The notes beneath the pieces were generated by a model, which was not told the origin of the DNA, ran no database searches, and saw only the letters and a program-made list of their open reading frames with translations. A stretch of DNA of 64,000 nucleotides from Eledone cirrhosa (Eukaryota): NCBI GenBank assembly GCA_964016885.1, contig OZ024750.1, positions 29,264,001-29,328,000 of the forward strand, in the 5' to 3' direction. The translations under genes were made by a program, and so were the position numbers. This document shows, in pieces, positions 1 through 14,024 of the stretch; the stretch's first letter is position 1; every line of letters starts with the position of its first letter.

Positions 1-149
1 CGTGTGTTGTATGTATGTTATGTGTGTAGGTGCGTGTGTTGTATGTATGTTATGTGTGTATGTGTGTGTTTACCTTTATTTGGATGTTGGGTGGGTTATA
101 TATGTGCTTTCGTTTTCTAAGCATTATATCATTATATTTCTTTTTATTA

Positions 150-189
<40 letters not shown>

Positions 190-261
190 GGTGTATATGT
201 GTGTCTTTTGTTTACCCGTTTTATATGTATATGTGTCATTTTTTATGAGTTTTCTTTGTAA

Positions 262-622
262 ATAATTGTTTCTACTTTTGGCACAAGGCCAGCAATTATT
301 CCAGTGTATTACTGGTACTTTATTTTTCAACCACGTAAGGATGAAAGGCAAAGTTAACCTCGGCGGGATTTGAACTCAGATCATAAAGGGAGGTAACTCT
401 ATGCTTCAAAGCATGGCGTCCGACCCTCTACCGATACTGCCAATCCACAGCCCTCCCTTACCGATACTGCCAATCCACCGCCCTCATCCTTTCTTTTTAA
501 ATAATTGTTTCTACTTTTGGCACAAGGCCAGCAAATCACCCAGTGCATTACTGGTACTTTATTTCATCGACGCCTTGAGGATGAAAGACAAAGTTAACCT
601 CGGCGGGATTTGAACTCAGAAT
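262..622 (-). mobile_element. Two Meta-type SINE copies
   Basis: Reverse-complement matches to the 58346 SINE (GGATGAAAGGCAAAGTTAACCTCGGCGGGATTTGAACTCAG). Confidence 0.85.
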
Positions 623-1649
623 AATGTTACAAAGAAAACATTGTCCGTCCATGTATTTAGTTTAACACCCTGTCAAACATGAAAAACGTGGCAATGTTTA
701 TATTTGAATATCTTTGATATAATATATTTACACACACAGTCCAGTACTAGAGTCGATTCTTCCTGTATAGAACAAATCGACTGTGTTCAGTCCTGGAGAG
801 GATTGGGCTCCGCCAAGTTTAAATGTGCTCTAGACACGTCGTATGACGGTGCCTCTACAACTTCACAAGGAGTTATGGGATCTTTATCTTTTTTATACAC
901 ACATACATACATACATACATACATACATACATACATACATACATACATACATACATACATACAAATACATATTCTATAAGAATCGTATACTATTTAAGCC
1001 CCAATACACGGTAAAAAGTTTCAATTTAACTCTTATACAGTAAGAGCTGGGTTAACCTAAGTGACCTAAATCAAAGAACCACTGTCAAACAAGTCAAGGA
1101 ACTTCTACGTGGTCGCTCGATCTGTTAGAAATAGCAACCAAATATCCCTCAAATTACATCCTATCGTTTTACAAGACAGAACAAAATTGTGTTGTCTTAC
1201 ATAGTTCTAAAAAGACGAGATGGTGATAACTGAAAAGCTTATGATCACCGGTCTGTTCGATTAGGGTGGACTCGAGACTAAATAACTAATAAGCTATCGA
1301 TCTCATGTGTCCGCAACGGAAGAAAGACAAATGTTTAACAATCGCCTGTCTGTTGTTTTGACGAAAGTGGAATGGCATCCAATAAATAAATAAATAAATA
1401 AAAAGGCAGGAAGAACGAAAGCTGATCCTTTGAAAGGGTACATTGTGTAGTTATAAACACCACCCTGTCTGGTTATAAGTGTGGGAGGATAAATAAGAAA
1501 AAGAAAACCCCAACGAATTGAGGAAGGAATAAAGAGGAGATGGTCTCCATCACTTAGTAAATGATTAAATCTACTTTCTTATAACATCTAAACACATGAA
1601 GAGAAAGTGAAATTGGATAAGAACACGGAAGTACATAGCTGAGGGCCCT

Positions 1650-1732
<83 letters not shown>

Positions 1733-2971
1733 AAGAGGTTTTTTTAAATGCCGGTTTATCTATAAATCATTCAAACATTAACTGAATGAGGCCTCAATAC
1801 AGGAGAAAAAAGGTGGTAGAGGTTTCGAAAAGTGGTTGTGCTTCGCTGGAAATGTGTCTACATTACATTCTGTGTCAATCACTAATGTGTGGTGTGTGTG
1901 GTGTGTGTATGACAGACCGGGTACTGTGCGTGTGAGAGAGGGAGAGACTGTCAGACAAGGTAATGTGTGTGCGTGCGTGTGCGTGTGCGTGTGTGTGTGT
2001 GTGTGCGTCTCGGACCGGGTACTATGTATGTGTAAGTAAAGTATAAACAGACTGCTGAGCCTTTCACATCACACACAGCCTCCCCTCTCCACTTCCCTCT
2101 TGTTCATACAACACATTGGAAGGAATTTAGGGAAAGGTTTTCACAAAATACGCCTCGGAATTCTAGCTTCTGAAGCAATTGCTATTTTTACCTATTGAGG
2201 AAGTCATTTCTGACATTAAGAGTGATACAGTGGATATAATGAGAATATATATATAAAACATAAAAATTAGGGAAAGAGAGAGAAGAAGTAACCAACATGG
2301 AGATATCAGCCATGAAAATCTCAGTGATATTGCCGTTTGTAAGGGTTAACAGTAGAAAACATACAAGGAGTTTTCTCCACCCACCCTAAAAATACTACCA
2401 TCATTACACTCACACAGAGTTAAGGGTGAAGTTCCGATGGGGATAGGGAAATGACCACAGTTTAAAAAAGTACTCAATACGTTAGTGTAGGCATCTTTAT
2501 TTTATATAGAAAAATGACTTCTACAGGACTAGAACCGTTTCCTTCGTATGAATAAATATATATATCTATACATACATATATGTGTGTGGTGTAGTTAATT
2601 TGAATAATCGTGGAATGCTTGGTGCCTTGCGTAGGAGAAGGCTTGACTTGGCCTTGTATTCATCATGTACATGCGAGAGAGAGAGAGAAAGAGAAAGAGA
2701 TTGGTATAGAGAGAGGGGGTTGGGAGTCTGTGACGCATCCTATGATTAGTAGTACTAAATAGTAATATTGGTAATAGGTTTGGCAGTTGGTTATGACGAG
2801 GAAATAAATAAAACTAGTGTTTCTTAGTCAATTAGGGAAATCTTATTCAAAGGTTAGAGGTGGAGAGTATTAAAGAACATGATAGTGAGGAAGAGAAAAA
2901 AACTGTCATAATTTTAGAATTTTTTGTTTACTAAATCCGGAAAGACAGTTCCGATGAAGTCGAAAACAAAC

Positions 2972-3009
<38 letters not shown>

Positions 3010-5323
3010 AGAGAGATGTAAAATCCCGACCGCGACGCCAAGCGGTTTCGGCTTTTGTGTGTGCGTGTATAAAAGCCCCTTCGTTCACAAATGACCATAG
3101 GATTTACACCTAGAAATGATCTAACCACTAACCCATGCACCTTCATATTTCACACACACACACTAAATGTAATATCCATGTCTACGTTTAATGTAGGGAA
3201 AGAGTTAATTATTTTAAGATGGCTAGGTAGTTAATTGGATGTGTGTTTATCGTGTAGTTTGGGAAAAATAAAAGGTATGAAGAAATTCCTTCCCGCCCGC
3301 GTCACTGGATAGCGACCCAGACAGCATATGTTGGTGACCTTTTATCGGGAACTAATGGTGAACTGTCCAGACGAAAAATATATATCTGTTTGTCTGTCTG
3401 CCTGTCTGCCTGTTTGCTTGTTTGCTTATCTATATAACCTGTCTGTCTAACAGTCTATCAATATAGATTTCGGTATAATTATCGATCTATCTGTATAGAT
3501 ATCTATTATCGGCCTGTCTATTTATTCATCGATCTTTATCTGTGTGTGTCTGTATTTGTGTATCTATCTACCCACCTTTCTTTCTATTTTCATTTCCTAG
3601 TTATCAAAGCGTATGTACAGAATGAATGGATCGGTGTAATTTATTAACAAAGAACGACATTAATTCTTTAAACAACATTAATTCTTACCATCACTATTTA
3701 ATAGTATTATTTACCTTTCTTCTCTTTCCAGGGTCAATAAAATAAATACAACCACCGGTGTTCATAGCGAGACTCTAGTACGTTTATTATACATAAACAT
3801 ATCGTATATTCCTTCATATTCCATATATACATCTTTTATAAACCATACTATATTAGTGCTACTGCTATTTACCACCGGTGTAGCTCCGTCTGCCAGAAAC
3901 AGCAGCCAAATCTTAAAATTATCTACTCTCCGTCTTAAAAGAAGAAATCACATTTCATAATGTAGTGTTAGTCACACATTGTATTATGGAGTGTTTAGAT
4001 ATACAATGTCTGGAATTTAAAAACAAACAAACAAATTATTGTCATGGCTGGAATGATTTCCTACGATCAAAATCGTAGGACTTCTCGATCAGAGCCGACC
4101 TGGGGCTAAAGAACAACATTTACCATTCCGACAACCGACTAATACCCCAGTCCCCTTACAGAAAAGGGACTGCGTGCCTGCCTAGATAGAAGAAATAGGC
4201 AGTGTCACACGTAGCTTTTATAGTTCCTTGTCTATTTGTATTATCTTAGATTTTTACACGAGTGACACCTTAGAGTCCTCACCTTTGAGTGTTGTTTGTT
4301 TTAAATGTTTATTTTCTTAGACTGTTATAAATTTTATTTCACACAAAGAAAAACCCACACTGTACCGTCCTGTACCGACTTTAATGTTTCCTTAATGCGA
4401 GCCCTGTGTGGCTAATAAGGAAATTATTATTATTATTATTATTATTTTGTAAAATTATTCTTCATATAAAGATAACATGAATGTGAAAAGCAACGGTTAC
4501 AGTTGAAGAAAAAAAAACAAGAAAACACCGCTGAATAATTCCATCGTAACAGCATTTCCAGCCGACGTTCGGAGTTCTAGCTAAATAAAACAAATTACTG
4601 ATAATTATCCGAGGGATGATATTTGTAGGGAGACAATGACTAATAAGAGGGGGGATGGTCTATCTAGATACTTAATCTCCACAACTTTACCCCCACCTAT
4701 CTTACATGTCTATCTAGCACTCGGATAAGTTAAATAGATGCTTCAAATAATGGAATAATTAGCTAGACGTCCGACAGATTTAGAAACTAAAACCCATGTT
4801 AAACTAAAGGATTAGAAAACTAAATGTAATTTGTTTTTTTAATTATTTTTTTTATTAGTTCCGATTGGAGCAACCCCTCCCCCATTCTTTTTTTTTCAAT
4901 AATATATTCTAGCTTCTAGTTTAATGTGTTGAGAGAAAGGCATCTACACCACAACATCCCACTCTTCTCCCTAATAAATCAGATCGTTGTGTCAATATAT
5001 ATATATATATACATATATAATAACACACACATGTACATATACACATATACACACACATGCATACATATATGTATACGCACACACACAATGTTTTTTGTCA
5101 CGGTTGTAGCCATTTCATTCCGCCTACGATGTACATGACCTTTGGGGGAATGTATGAAGACCACAACTTCGTTCTGATTTCAATCTCCTTACATTTGTTG
5201 CTTCGTTTCCAAATAAGAATTTGTGATTAGTAATATTTGAGTGGGAGATTAGATTAGTAAGAAACGAGGCGTTAGAGAGAGATACAGGATCATGAGTATC
5301 AAAATGATGGAGAGGAGGGGAGA

Positions 5324-5355
<32 letters not shown>

Positions 5356-5775
5356 AAGAGAGAAGAGAAAAGAGAAAAGAGAGAAAAGAGAAAAGAGAGA
5401 GAGAAGAGAAAAGAGAAAGAGAGAAAGAGAGAAGAGAAAAGAGAAAAGAGAGAGAAGAGAAAAGAGGAAAGAGAGAGAGAGAGAGATAAGAGAGGAGAGA
5501 GAGAGAGAGAGAGAGAAAGTGTATGTGTGTGTGAGTGTGCAAGAAAGAAAGAGATATGGTATGAGAGAGAGAAAGGGAGTGCGTGAAAGAAAGAGAGAGT
5601 AAGAGTGTGTGTATGAAAGGGAGAGAGATGAAAGCCAGTGTGAGAACGGGGAGACCTGAAGCATTTTAAAAGGTGAAACTTGTCATAAAGAGTCCCAATG
5701 TGACCATCACTTCTGTAATATCACCAATTGCTGCTAAATGAAATGTCAAGAAAGTTAACTTCCAGTTAATGTTGT

Positions 5776-7597
5776 TGTTGTGTAGCCCAAGGTCTACTGT
5801 GACCAAGCAGAGCTATGATCAAAGGTGTGTTGGTACTGTTGTTTAGCCCAAGGTCTACTGTGACCAAGCAGAGCTATGATCAAAGGTGTGTTGGTACTGT
5901 TGTTTAGCCCAAGGTCTACTGTGACCAAGCAGAGCTATGATCAAAGGTGTGTTGGTACTGTTGTTTAGCCCAAGGTCTACTGTGACCAAGCAGAGCTATG
6001 ATCAAAGGTGTGTTGGTACTGTTGTTTAGCCCAAGGTCTACTGTGACCAAGCAGAGCTATGATCAAAGGTGTGTTGGCACTGTTGTTTAGCCCAAGGTCT
6101 ACTGTGACCAAGCAGAGCTATGATCAAAGGTGTGTTGGTACTGTTGTTTAGCCCAAGGTCTACTGTGACCAAGCAGAGCTATGATCAAAGGTGTGTTGGC
6201 ACTGTTGTTTAGCCCAAGGTCTACTGTGACCAAGCAGAGCTATGATCAAAGGTGTGTTGGCACTGTTGTTTAGCCCAAGGTCTACTGTGACCAAGCAGAG
6301 CTATGATCAAAGGTGTGTTGGCACTGTTGTTTAGCCCAAGGTCTACTGTGACCAAGCAGAGCTATGATCAAAGGTGTGTTGGTACTGTTGTTTAGCCCAA
6401 GGTCTACTGTGACCAAGCAGAGCTATGATCAAAGGTGTGTTGGCACTGTTGTTTAGCCCAAGGTCTACTGTGACCAAGCAGAGCTATGATCAAAGGTGTG
6501 TTGGTACTGTTGTTTAGCCCAAGGTCTACTGTGACCAAGCAGAGCTATGATCAAAGGTGTGTTGGTACTGTTGTTTAGCCCAAGGTCTACTGTGACCAAG
6601 CAGAGCTATGATCAAAGGTGTGTTGGCACTGTTGTTTAGCCCAAGGTCTACTGTGACCAAGCAGAGCTATGATCAAAGGTGTGTTGGTACTGTTGTTTAG
6701 CCCAAGGTCTACTGTGACCAAGCAGAGCTATGATCAAAGGTGTGTTGGCACTGTTGTTTAGCCCAAGGTCTACTGTGACCAAGCAGAGCTATGATCAAAG
6801 GTGTGTTGGCACTGTTGTTTAGCCCAAGGTCTACTGTGACCAAGCAGAGCTATGATCAAAGGTGTGTTGGCACTGTTGTTTAGCCCAAGGTCTACTGTGA
6901 CCAAGCAGAGCTATGATCAAAGGTGTGTTGGTACTGTTGTTTAGCCCAAGGTCTACTGTGACCAAGCAGAGCTATGATCAAAGGTGTGTTGGCACTGTTG
7001 TTTAGCCCAAGGTCTACTGTGACCAAGCAGAGCTATGATCAAAGGTGTGTTGGTACTGTTGTTTAGCCCAAGGTCTACTGTGACCAAGCAGAGCTATGAT
7101 CAAAGGTGTGTTGGTACTGTTGTTTAGCCCAAGGTCTACTGTGACCAAGCAGAGCTATGATCAAAGGTGTGTTGGCACTGTTGTTTAGCCCAAGGTCTAC
7201 TGTGACCAAGCAGAGCTATGATCAAAGGTGTGTTGGTACTGTTGTTTAGCCCAAGGTCTACTGTGACCAAGCAGAGCTATGATCAAAGGTGTGTTGGTAC
7301 TGTTGTTTAGCCCAAGGTCTACTGTGACCAAGCAGAGCTATGATCAAAGGTGTGTTGGCACTGTTGTTTAGCCCAAGGTCTACTGTGACCAAGCAGAGCT
7401 ATGATCAAAGGTGTGTTGGTACTGTTGTTTAGCCCAAGGTCTACTGTGACCAAGCAGAGCTATGATCAAAGGTGTGTTGGTACTGTTGTTTAGCCCAAGG
7501 TCTACTGTGACCAAGCAGAGCTATGATCAAAGGTGTGTTGGCACTGTTGTTTAGCCCAAGGTCTACTGTGACCAAGCAGAGCTATGATCAAAGGTGT
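5776..7597. repeat. Minisatellite, 61-bp unit, ~30 copies
   Basis: AGCCCAAGGTCTACTGTGACCAAGCAGAGCTATGATCAAAGGTGTGTTGG(T/C)ACTGTTGTTT, one variable position. Confidence 0.98.
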
Positions 7598-8259
7598 TCC
7601 AACCATAACCAACCTGTCTGTCTTCTATGTACAAGGAAACCAAGACCACATTACAAACACTGTTTTCTATGATGGTGGGGCCTTATATATGTATATATAA
7701 GGTCCCACCATGGGTGTATCTATATGTATCTATGAGTGGAGTTACCTACAAGTCATACACACCTGAGGATTTATATGCGCTTTCATCTGGAAACCGTTGG
7801 TAGTGCCAAGTTACTTCAAACTATAAACACTCAACTTTAAAACGGTGCCCCAGCATGGTCGCAGACTTATGACTGGAACTAGTAAAAGAGTGTGGTGTTC
7901 CAACATAGCCAGTCTAACGACTGAAACCAATAGAAGTGTGGTGCCCCAGCATGACTACAGTAATGACTGAAACCAGTAAAAGTGTGTGGTGCCCTAGCAT
8001 GGCCAAAGTCTAATGGCAAACCAGTAAAAGAGTGCAGTGTCCTAGCATGGCCACAGTCTAATGACTGAAACTTGTGAAAAACAAAAAAACAAAAGTTTGT
8101 TAGTGTCGACCTATCCAATATTAAGATATTCAGAATGTCTAGCGTATAAGACGACCATATTATTGTATAACTCGTTGACTCAGGGTTGTTGATGTGTTGG
8201 GGGGGGCGATTGGAAGTAAAACATCTTAAACAAGATAGGATATTAACTAAGTTTACAGA

Positions 8260-8871
8260 GTTATATGTGTGAGTGAGTGTGTATGAGTGAGTGAGTGAGT
8301 GAGTGAGTGTGTATGAGTGAGTGAGTGAGTTTGATTGTGTGTGGGTGAGTTTAAACTATGACTGTGTGTGTGTGTGAGAGTGTGAGTGTGACTGCGCGCG
8401 TGAGTGTGACTGTACGCGATTGTGACTGCGCGTGCGAGTGTGACTGCGCGTGCGTGAGTGTGACTGTGCGTGCGTGAGTGTGACTGCTTGTCAGTGGCTG
8501 TGTGAGTAATGTTGTTGGTTAAAGTGACCGTATCACTTTTGTCGTGCTCCAATGTTCATGTTTTTACAATAACATACAAAACGATAGTTTTATTTGTTAT
8601 ATTATTAAAGTCCTAGATTTTTATAGGACGAAACTTGAGAAGTTGTGTCATTCATACCTTTCTCAAGGGCATCAACGGCGCACAATATATATATATATAC
8701 ACACACACACACGCGCGCGCGCGCGCACAAACAATAGCATATACATATATATACATATATATACATACTATTATGTATGTGTATACTTATATATATATAC
8801 TCACATACAAATAGTATGTATATGTACATATATATTGATGTTTGTGTGTATACACATAATATTATTATGTA

Positions 8872-8903
<32 letters not shown>

Positions 8904-9068
8904 CATACATTATTATGTATGTGTGTGTATATATATTATTATGTATGTGTGTGTGTATATATATATATATACATATTATTATGTATGTGTGTGTGTGTGT
9001 ATATATATATATACATATTATTATGTATGTGTGTGTGTATATATATATATATATACACATATTATTAT

Positions 9069-9104
<36 letters not shown>

Positions 9105-9115
9105 CACATACACAT
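8260..9115. repeat. Compound microsatellite field (GTGA, TA, TG, TATTATTATG)
   Basis: Direct reading; similar fields at 1-200, 900-960, 1655-1730, 5310-5630, 10460-10635, 19000-19190, 19885-20120, 52415-52510, 60805-61195. Confidence 0.95.
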
Positions 9116-9972
9116 ACCGGTATGCATAGAAACGCAAGAAAAAAAGCACCCAGTTCCTTGTACAGAGTATATTTGTATATCTTCACAAAATATCGATTCC
9201 AAGAGACAGAGTATAAGTAAACATAATAGATATTTAAATACGAGCCCCAAATTAGCTGTCCAGCGAAATGGTTTCGGTTAGCTTTCCGCAGTGGAGAGAG
9301 AGAGGGGGGAAAGCAGAAAAGAACCCTAAAAAGACAAGACAAGCCCTTAATTAGAAGTGATAAAAACGCTTTGACTGGGACAGCCAAGTGTCAGAATCTT
9401 CACCAAACGGAAGCACAGGTCACAGAGAATATGTAGTAGTATAATTATTATTATTTTTATTAAATGTATAAAGGGTAGAGAGAAAGAATAAAACTGTAAG
9501 CTATTGGTTTCTGGAAGACACGAGAACAACAAGTGACGGAAGAATCGTTATTTGATGTGATAAAATAATAAAATCGAACTGAACTGATGGTTGAGAATGA
9601 AAGACAAGAAAGAAAGTATGAGTGGGAGAGAGAGAGAGAACGAGAGAGAAAGAGAGGCAGACAAAGAAGGGAAGAGAACGAGAGAGACAAAGACAGAATG
9701 ACAATAGATAGAAAAGGGAAGAAGGAATTGAAAGAGTTAACGGGATTGATGCTGTAAAAAGAAATATAAGCGGCTAAATAATAACAAGAGAAAACATGTC
9801 TTTTGTAATATTTAGCGCATCTCCGATCTTATTTTTTTTCGTTTTATTCTAAGCCTGCTGTTGTTATTCACTCATCTTGTTTTGTTTTTTCATTCTTTCT
9901 CTTTCTACGCTGACTCCTACCTTTAAAAACTGACAAAGGGACTTGAGGGTAAAATCTTATGTTATTACCTAC

Positions 9973-10032
9973 CTGTAATTTGTAATAATCATTCTGTTTC
10001 ACTGCTTTGAATAAGTCGTCTTCTTTTCCCAT
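9973..10032 (-). CDS. CASKIN: First coding exon of a Caskin/ANKS1-family ankyrin-repeat scaffold gene (rest of gene lies to the left, further exons not identified)
   Basis: Minus strand reads ACA-ATG GGA AAA GAA GAC GAC TTA TTC AAA GCA GTG AAA CAG AAT GAT TAT TAC AAA TTA CAG|gtaggt = MGKEDDLFKAVKQNDYYKLQ, 60 nt, phase-0 donor. It matches the Caskin N-terminus pattern MG(K/R)EQ(E/D)L..AVK..D; ANKS1 proteins start similarly, so paralog assignment is uncertain. Confidence 0.75.
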
Positions 10033-10239
10033 TGTTAAACAACCTCCTCCACCAGTTGGACTGGGACAACTGGACAGCTTATGCCCAGCACACTAATACA
10101 GCCAGCCAGTATTGAGTGAGATTCAGCGAGTCAGCAGCGCTCGTAATCCCTTCTTATAATACATCACCGCCATCGCTTTAGCCATAATGAAAGAGGCTCA
10201 GTTCCAGCTCACTATGTAAGGGGGCACCTACCAACAACA

Positions 10240-10430
10240 GCAATGGCGGGGGGCGGTAGGGTAGATGTTAGTGTCGCAGTTGTCTAGTACAGCGTATTTT
10301 TACTCAGTAGGTGGGACTTGATCTTACGTAATCGACTAGTGTGCTATATCCGATCAAGTGGGCGGAGCTACAGTGACGTTTTACATTCTGATTGGTTAAT
10401 TGCTTGGTGAGTCGTTGCTACTAGTAAAAA
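10240..10430 (-). promoter_or_regulatory. Probable promoter of the Caskin-like gene
   Basis: Locally CpG-richer stretch upstream of ATG 10032 with a GC box GGGCGGAGCT (~10360-10369), an NF-Y type CCAATCAG on the minus strand (~10388-10395) and an X-box-like GTTGCTACTAGTAAA (~10414-10428). Confidence 0.55.
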
Positions 10431-10479
10431 TGCCGTTTTGACTATTCATTGTTCTCAATATATACATGTAAATATATAT

Positions 10480-10529
<50 letters not shown>

Positions 10530-10534
10530 ATATA

Positions 10535-10567
<33 letters not shown>

Positions 10568-10577
10568 GTATGTGTGT

Positions 10578-10621
<44 letters not shown>

Positions 10622-11399
10622 ATATTTATATATGACTCGCAAGTTTCTTTTTTTTGTTTTAGATCTGAATCAATAGTGAAGTTAGTCATGAAGTTTTTAA
10701 TAGCATTTTATATCTTATATTCTCTCCGTTATAAACAAAGGAAAGTCTGAACAGGATATCGTTAAGAAACATCAAATCACAGTGATGTTTGAGCTGCTGG
10801 AAGCTTTAACGTGTTGCTTACGGTGTTTCTTTGAAAAACAGAAAGAAGAAGCAAACAAAACAGCTTAGACTTCTCTTTGATGTTTATAGTAACATGTTAC
10901 AGTATTAAATCAATTGAAACTATTAACAAGTTCCTACTTATTTGGGTCGTGTTTTTGTTTTTAACTTCCTTATTTCTTTGATCTATTTTTAGTTGATACT
11001 TGGTTTCAAATAATTTGTCTTTAAGTCTTGAGACTGTTCAAATTGACCCAGTATTCCATTGGTACTTAATTTTATCGATCCCGAAAGCATTACAGGCAAT
11101 GTTTATTCAATAAAATTTGAATTCAAAAAGTAAATAGCCGTGACTAAACTACCGTAAGACATTTATTTATCCAACGATCTAATGATTCTAATAATTTATA
11201 ACATTGAAATTAAATGTAATTGTTCCTCTACTAAGTATATAAAAGGCGTGCTTGACTAAACCGTTGCCAGCAGTGATGCCCCCCCCCCCCCAAAGTGAGA
11301 GAGAGTTTCTACCTAACTTTCTTATAGTACATAGCAGCTACTTGCAACCATCGCAATTAATTTGATTAGAATGACAATGAGATTCTAAGCTTTATTTGC

Positions 11400-12745
11400 T
11401 GAGAAAAATTGGAATTTCTAATTCCAACCAAAGGGATCCATAATGAACAAGTAAAAATGGCAGCCTTCACTTAGATTCACCAATACAGTACAAACAAGGT
11501 CCTCCAAGAAATGCAGTACTTCAGGCTCATTACAAATAAAGGTGAGATTCAGAGATATGCCGATAAACGAGGACTCTCAAGAGATTTTATGTCACACAAA
11601 AGATTGTTTATGGTCCACAGTCCTCTGGGCCATTGTCCCACCCCCACCCTCTCCAGGTGAGATTTAGAGCTATGGAGATAAACGAGGACTCTCAAGAGAT
11701 TTTATGTTACACAAAAGATTGTTTATGGTCCACAGTCCTCTGGGCCATTGTCCCACCCCACCCTCTCCAGGTCAGATTCAGAGCTATGCAGATAAACGAG
11801 GAATCTGAAGTGATTACACTGACGATACACTGAAAACTGTTTATGTTCCACAGTCCTCTGGATGATTCCCCCAGCCTTCACCCTTATAAGTGCTGACAGC
11901 CAAACATTGCTCACAGAGAAACAGTAAATACTAGAGAGATAGGCAGAAAACTTTGATAATGGTCTTAACCAGTTATCTTCCTACCACATGTAAAGGTCAA
12001 CCACAAGCTTGACTTCCCATCCACACTTCCAGAAGTCATGAAGCCAATCTCACGGATCTCCGGTTCCAAGACCACTGGTCCAGATGTAATTTCTACCAGC
12101 TACAAAGCAACTGGTCTAGATGTCATTTCTACTAGCTACAAATCAGCCAGGACATTCACCTTTGTACAGTTGACTAATGCCCTTCAATCCAAAGGAACAG
12201 AACATTTCCAGAGATTTCAAAGATGTTTACATTGCCCATGAGTATAAAAGTAAAGGGAACTACTGGTCATGTGACAAACCCAGAAGAATATGGCTCTTGT
12301 CCGTTGCTGCCAAGATTTTGGTCCATACCTTGTCAACCATCTGCTGTGATTCTTTAAACAAGTCATACTCCCCCTAGGGGGTCAATGTGGCTTCTGTGTT
12401 GGCCATGGGACTGTGAATATGAATGAATATGTCAAGAGCAACACTGGAACCTTAATATCACCTTTGTTGACCTGATGAAGGTTTTTAATAAAATCAACAG
12501 CTTATGGAAGATCAGAGACATATGGCTGCTCTCGTAGGTTCATTATTGTGGCCTGATAGCTCTACAACAGCATGATGGTCTATATACTGGATGATGGAAA
12601 GGCATCAAATGCCTTCCCAGGAAAAAGTGGTGTTACACAAAGCTGTGTCCTAGTTCCTACACTCTTCAACATAATGTTTTTGGCAATGATGATCCATGCT
12701 TCTGACAGCAGCATCCAAATCATGTACTATACTGTCAGCAAGCCC
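11400..12745 (+). mobile_element. RTE (BovB-like) LINE remnant with internal ~112-bp tandem duplication
   Basis: Decayed RT motifs TGPDVI, RIWLLSVAAKILV, QCGF, FVDLMK, GVTQSCVLVPTLFNIMF; repeated block at 11540-11880. Confidence 0.8.
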
Positions 12746-14024
12746 TTTCATTCATTCATTCATCATACTTCTACATCCGTTGTTCCACACTTGCATGAGT
12801 TGGACAGGTCCTTCTCAGTATAGCATCTCTCCACTTGTCACACTCTTTTGTTATCTCTTCCATGAGCTTTAGCGATCTGAGATCAGCTCTCAACATTTCC
12901 ATCCAGTTCTGTGTCAACTAACCAGCTCCCTTTTACCCCTCCATCAGTGTCCAGTGGAGTGACCTATTCTCTCTCCGTTGAAAGATAAAAAAAACAATTA
13001 GAAATAACTTGCCTTGCCTATCAAGATACCTGAGGCCCTCTCTATGTCTCGTGAAACCATGGATCTACATACGAGCAAGGTGTTTCTGTGAAAGACCAGC
13101 AGTCACCCACTCATTCCAATTTCCTATATCCATACCAAGAAACAATCAAAGGCCAATGACGTCACAGCTTGGCACCAATGACATCACAAGCAAACTTAGA
13201 CTGCAAAGGGCTATAAGAGATACTGCAAGGGATTACATCAGATGTCCTAATAATTATACTTTAGCAGAAAAGTCTTTTAAATAATATTTTTTGGTTGCGA
13301 GAAGGGATCCTTAAAGAAGATTAGATTATAAGGCTGTGTGTTTAAGTTTCTTCATGAGGAAAGGATCAAATAGGAAAGCACAGCGAGGAAATTATATAAA
13401 AGGTTTATTTTTATCCGTAAATTATTACATGTACTGAAAGAGTAAAAAGCTGGTGGCATGCCGCATGATTAAGTTGAACTAGTTGTTGGGCCCTTGCTGA
13501 TAGGGCCAAAGTTTCTTGGTAAGTTCTACATCTTGCCAGTTGCTCCAGGGAATGCCATTAGTAACCTCTTGTCTCTCCAAAAATGAAGCTGGAACTCTCT
13601 AGAAGTGAAAAGAGGCGCAAATTCGCTTGCTGAGCAGAAGTCACTGCTTGGTATTTCTACGCTGCTGACTTACCAGCCTGGCGACGGACCAAGCACAACC
13701 CAATTGTTCCGCCGCGATAAGTTAGTGCCATTGCTTACTACAACACCAATCCACTGTTTTGAACTGTGACTTTATTTAATAAATCACCATGGAAAGATAA
13801 AAGGTAAAGTTGACCTCAGTGGGGTTTGAACTCAAAATGCAGAGAATTAGAACAAATACTGCCAGGCATTTAATCCGTCATTTTAATGGCGCAACAAAAA
13901 TATTTTTTTAAAACCCATAAAAATGCACAAAATTCTTTGTAGAGAATGAATAACTATATCTTTTATTATTACAATTATAAAACAAATTTAATAACAAAAA
14001 AAAAAACATGGCCACAAATTTATA

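Noticed and set aside
2297-2349. Plus-strand ATG exon MEISAMKISVILPF|gtaagg
   Set aside because: The apparent donor overlaps AAGGGTTAA, a piggyBac-type terminus common in this window, and no partner exon was found.
5776-7597. CRISPR-like regular array (also 14025-16542 and 42322-43260)
   Set aside because: Units are contiguous and near-identical with no unique spacers, there are no cas genes, and the context is eukaryotic.
7671-7712. Small hairpin ATGGTGGGGCCTTATATA...TATATAAGGTCCCACCAT as pre-miRNA
   Set aside because: Too short and TA-repeat centred; more likely a repair foldback inside an old repeat.
8544-9387. Long ORFs of 245 and 260 aa
   Set aside because: Translations of TA/TG microsatellites (YIYI, CVCV).
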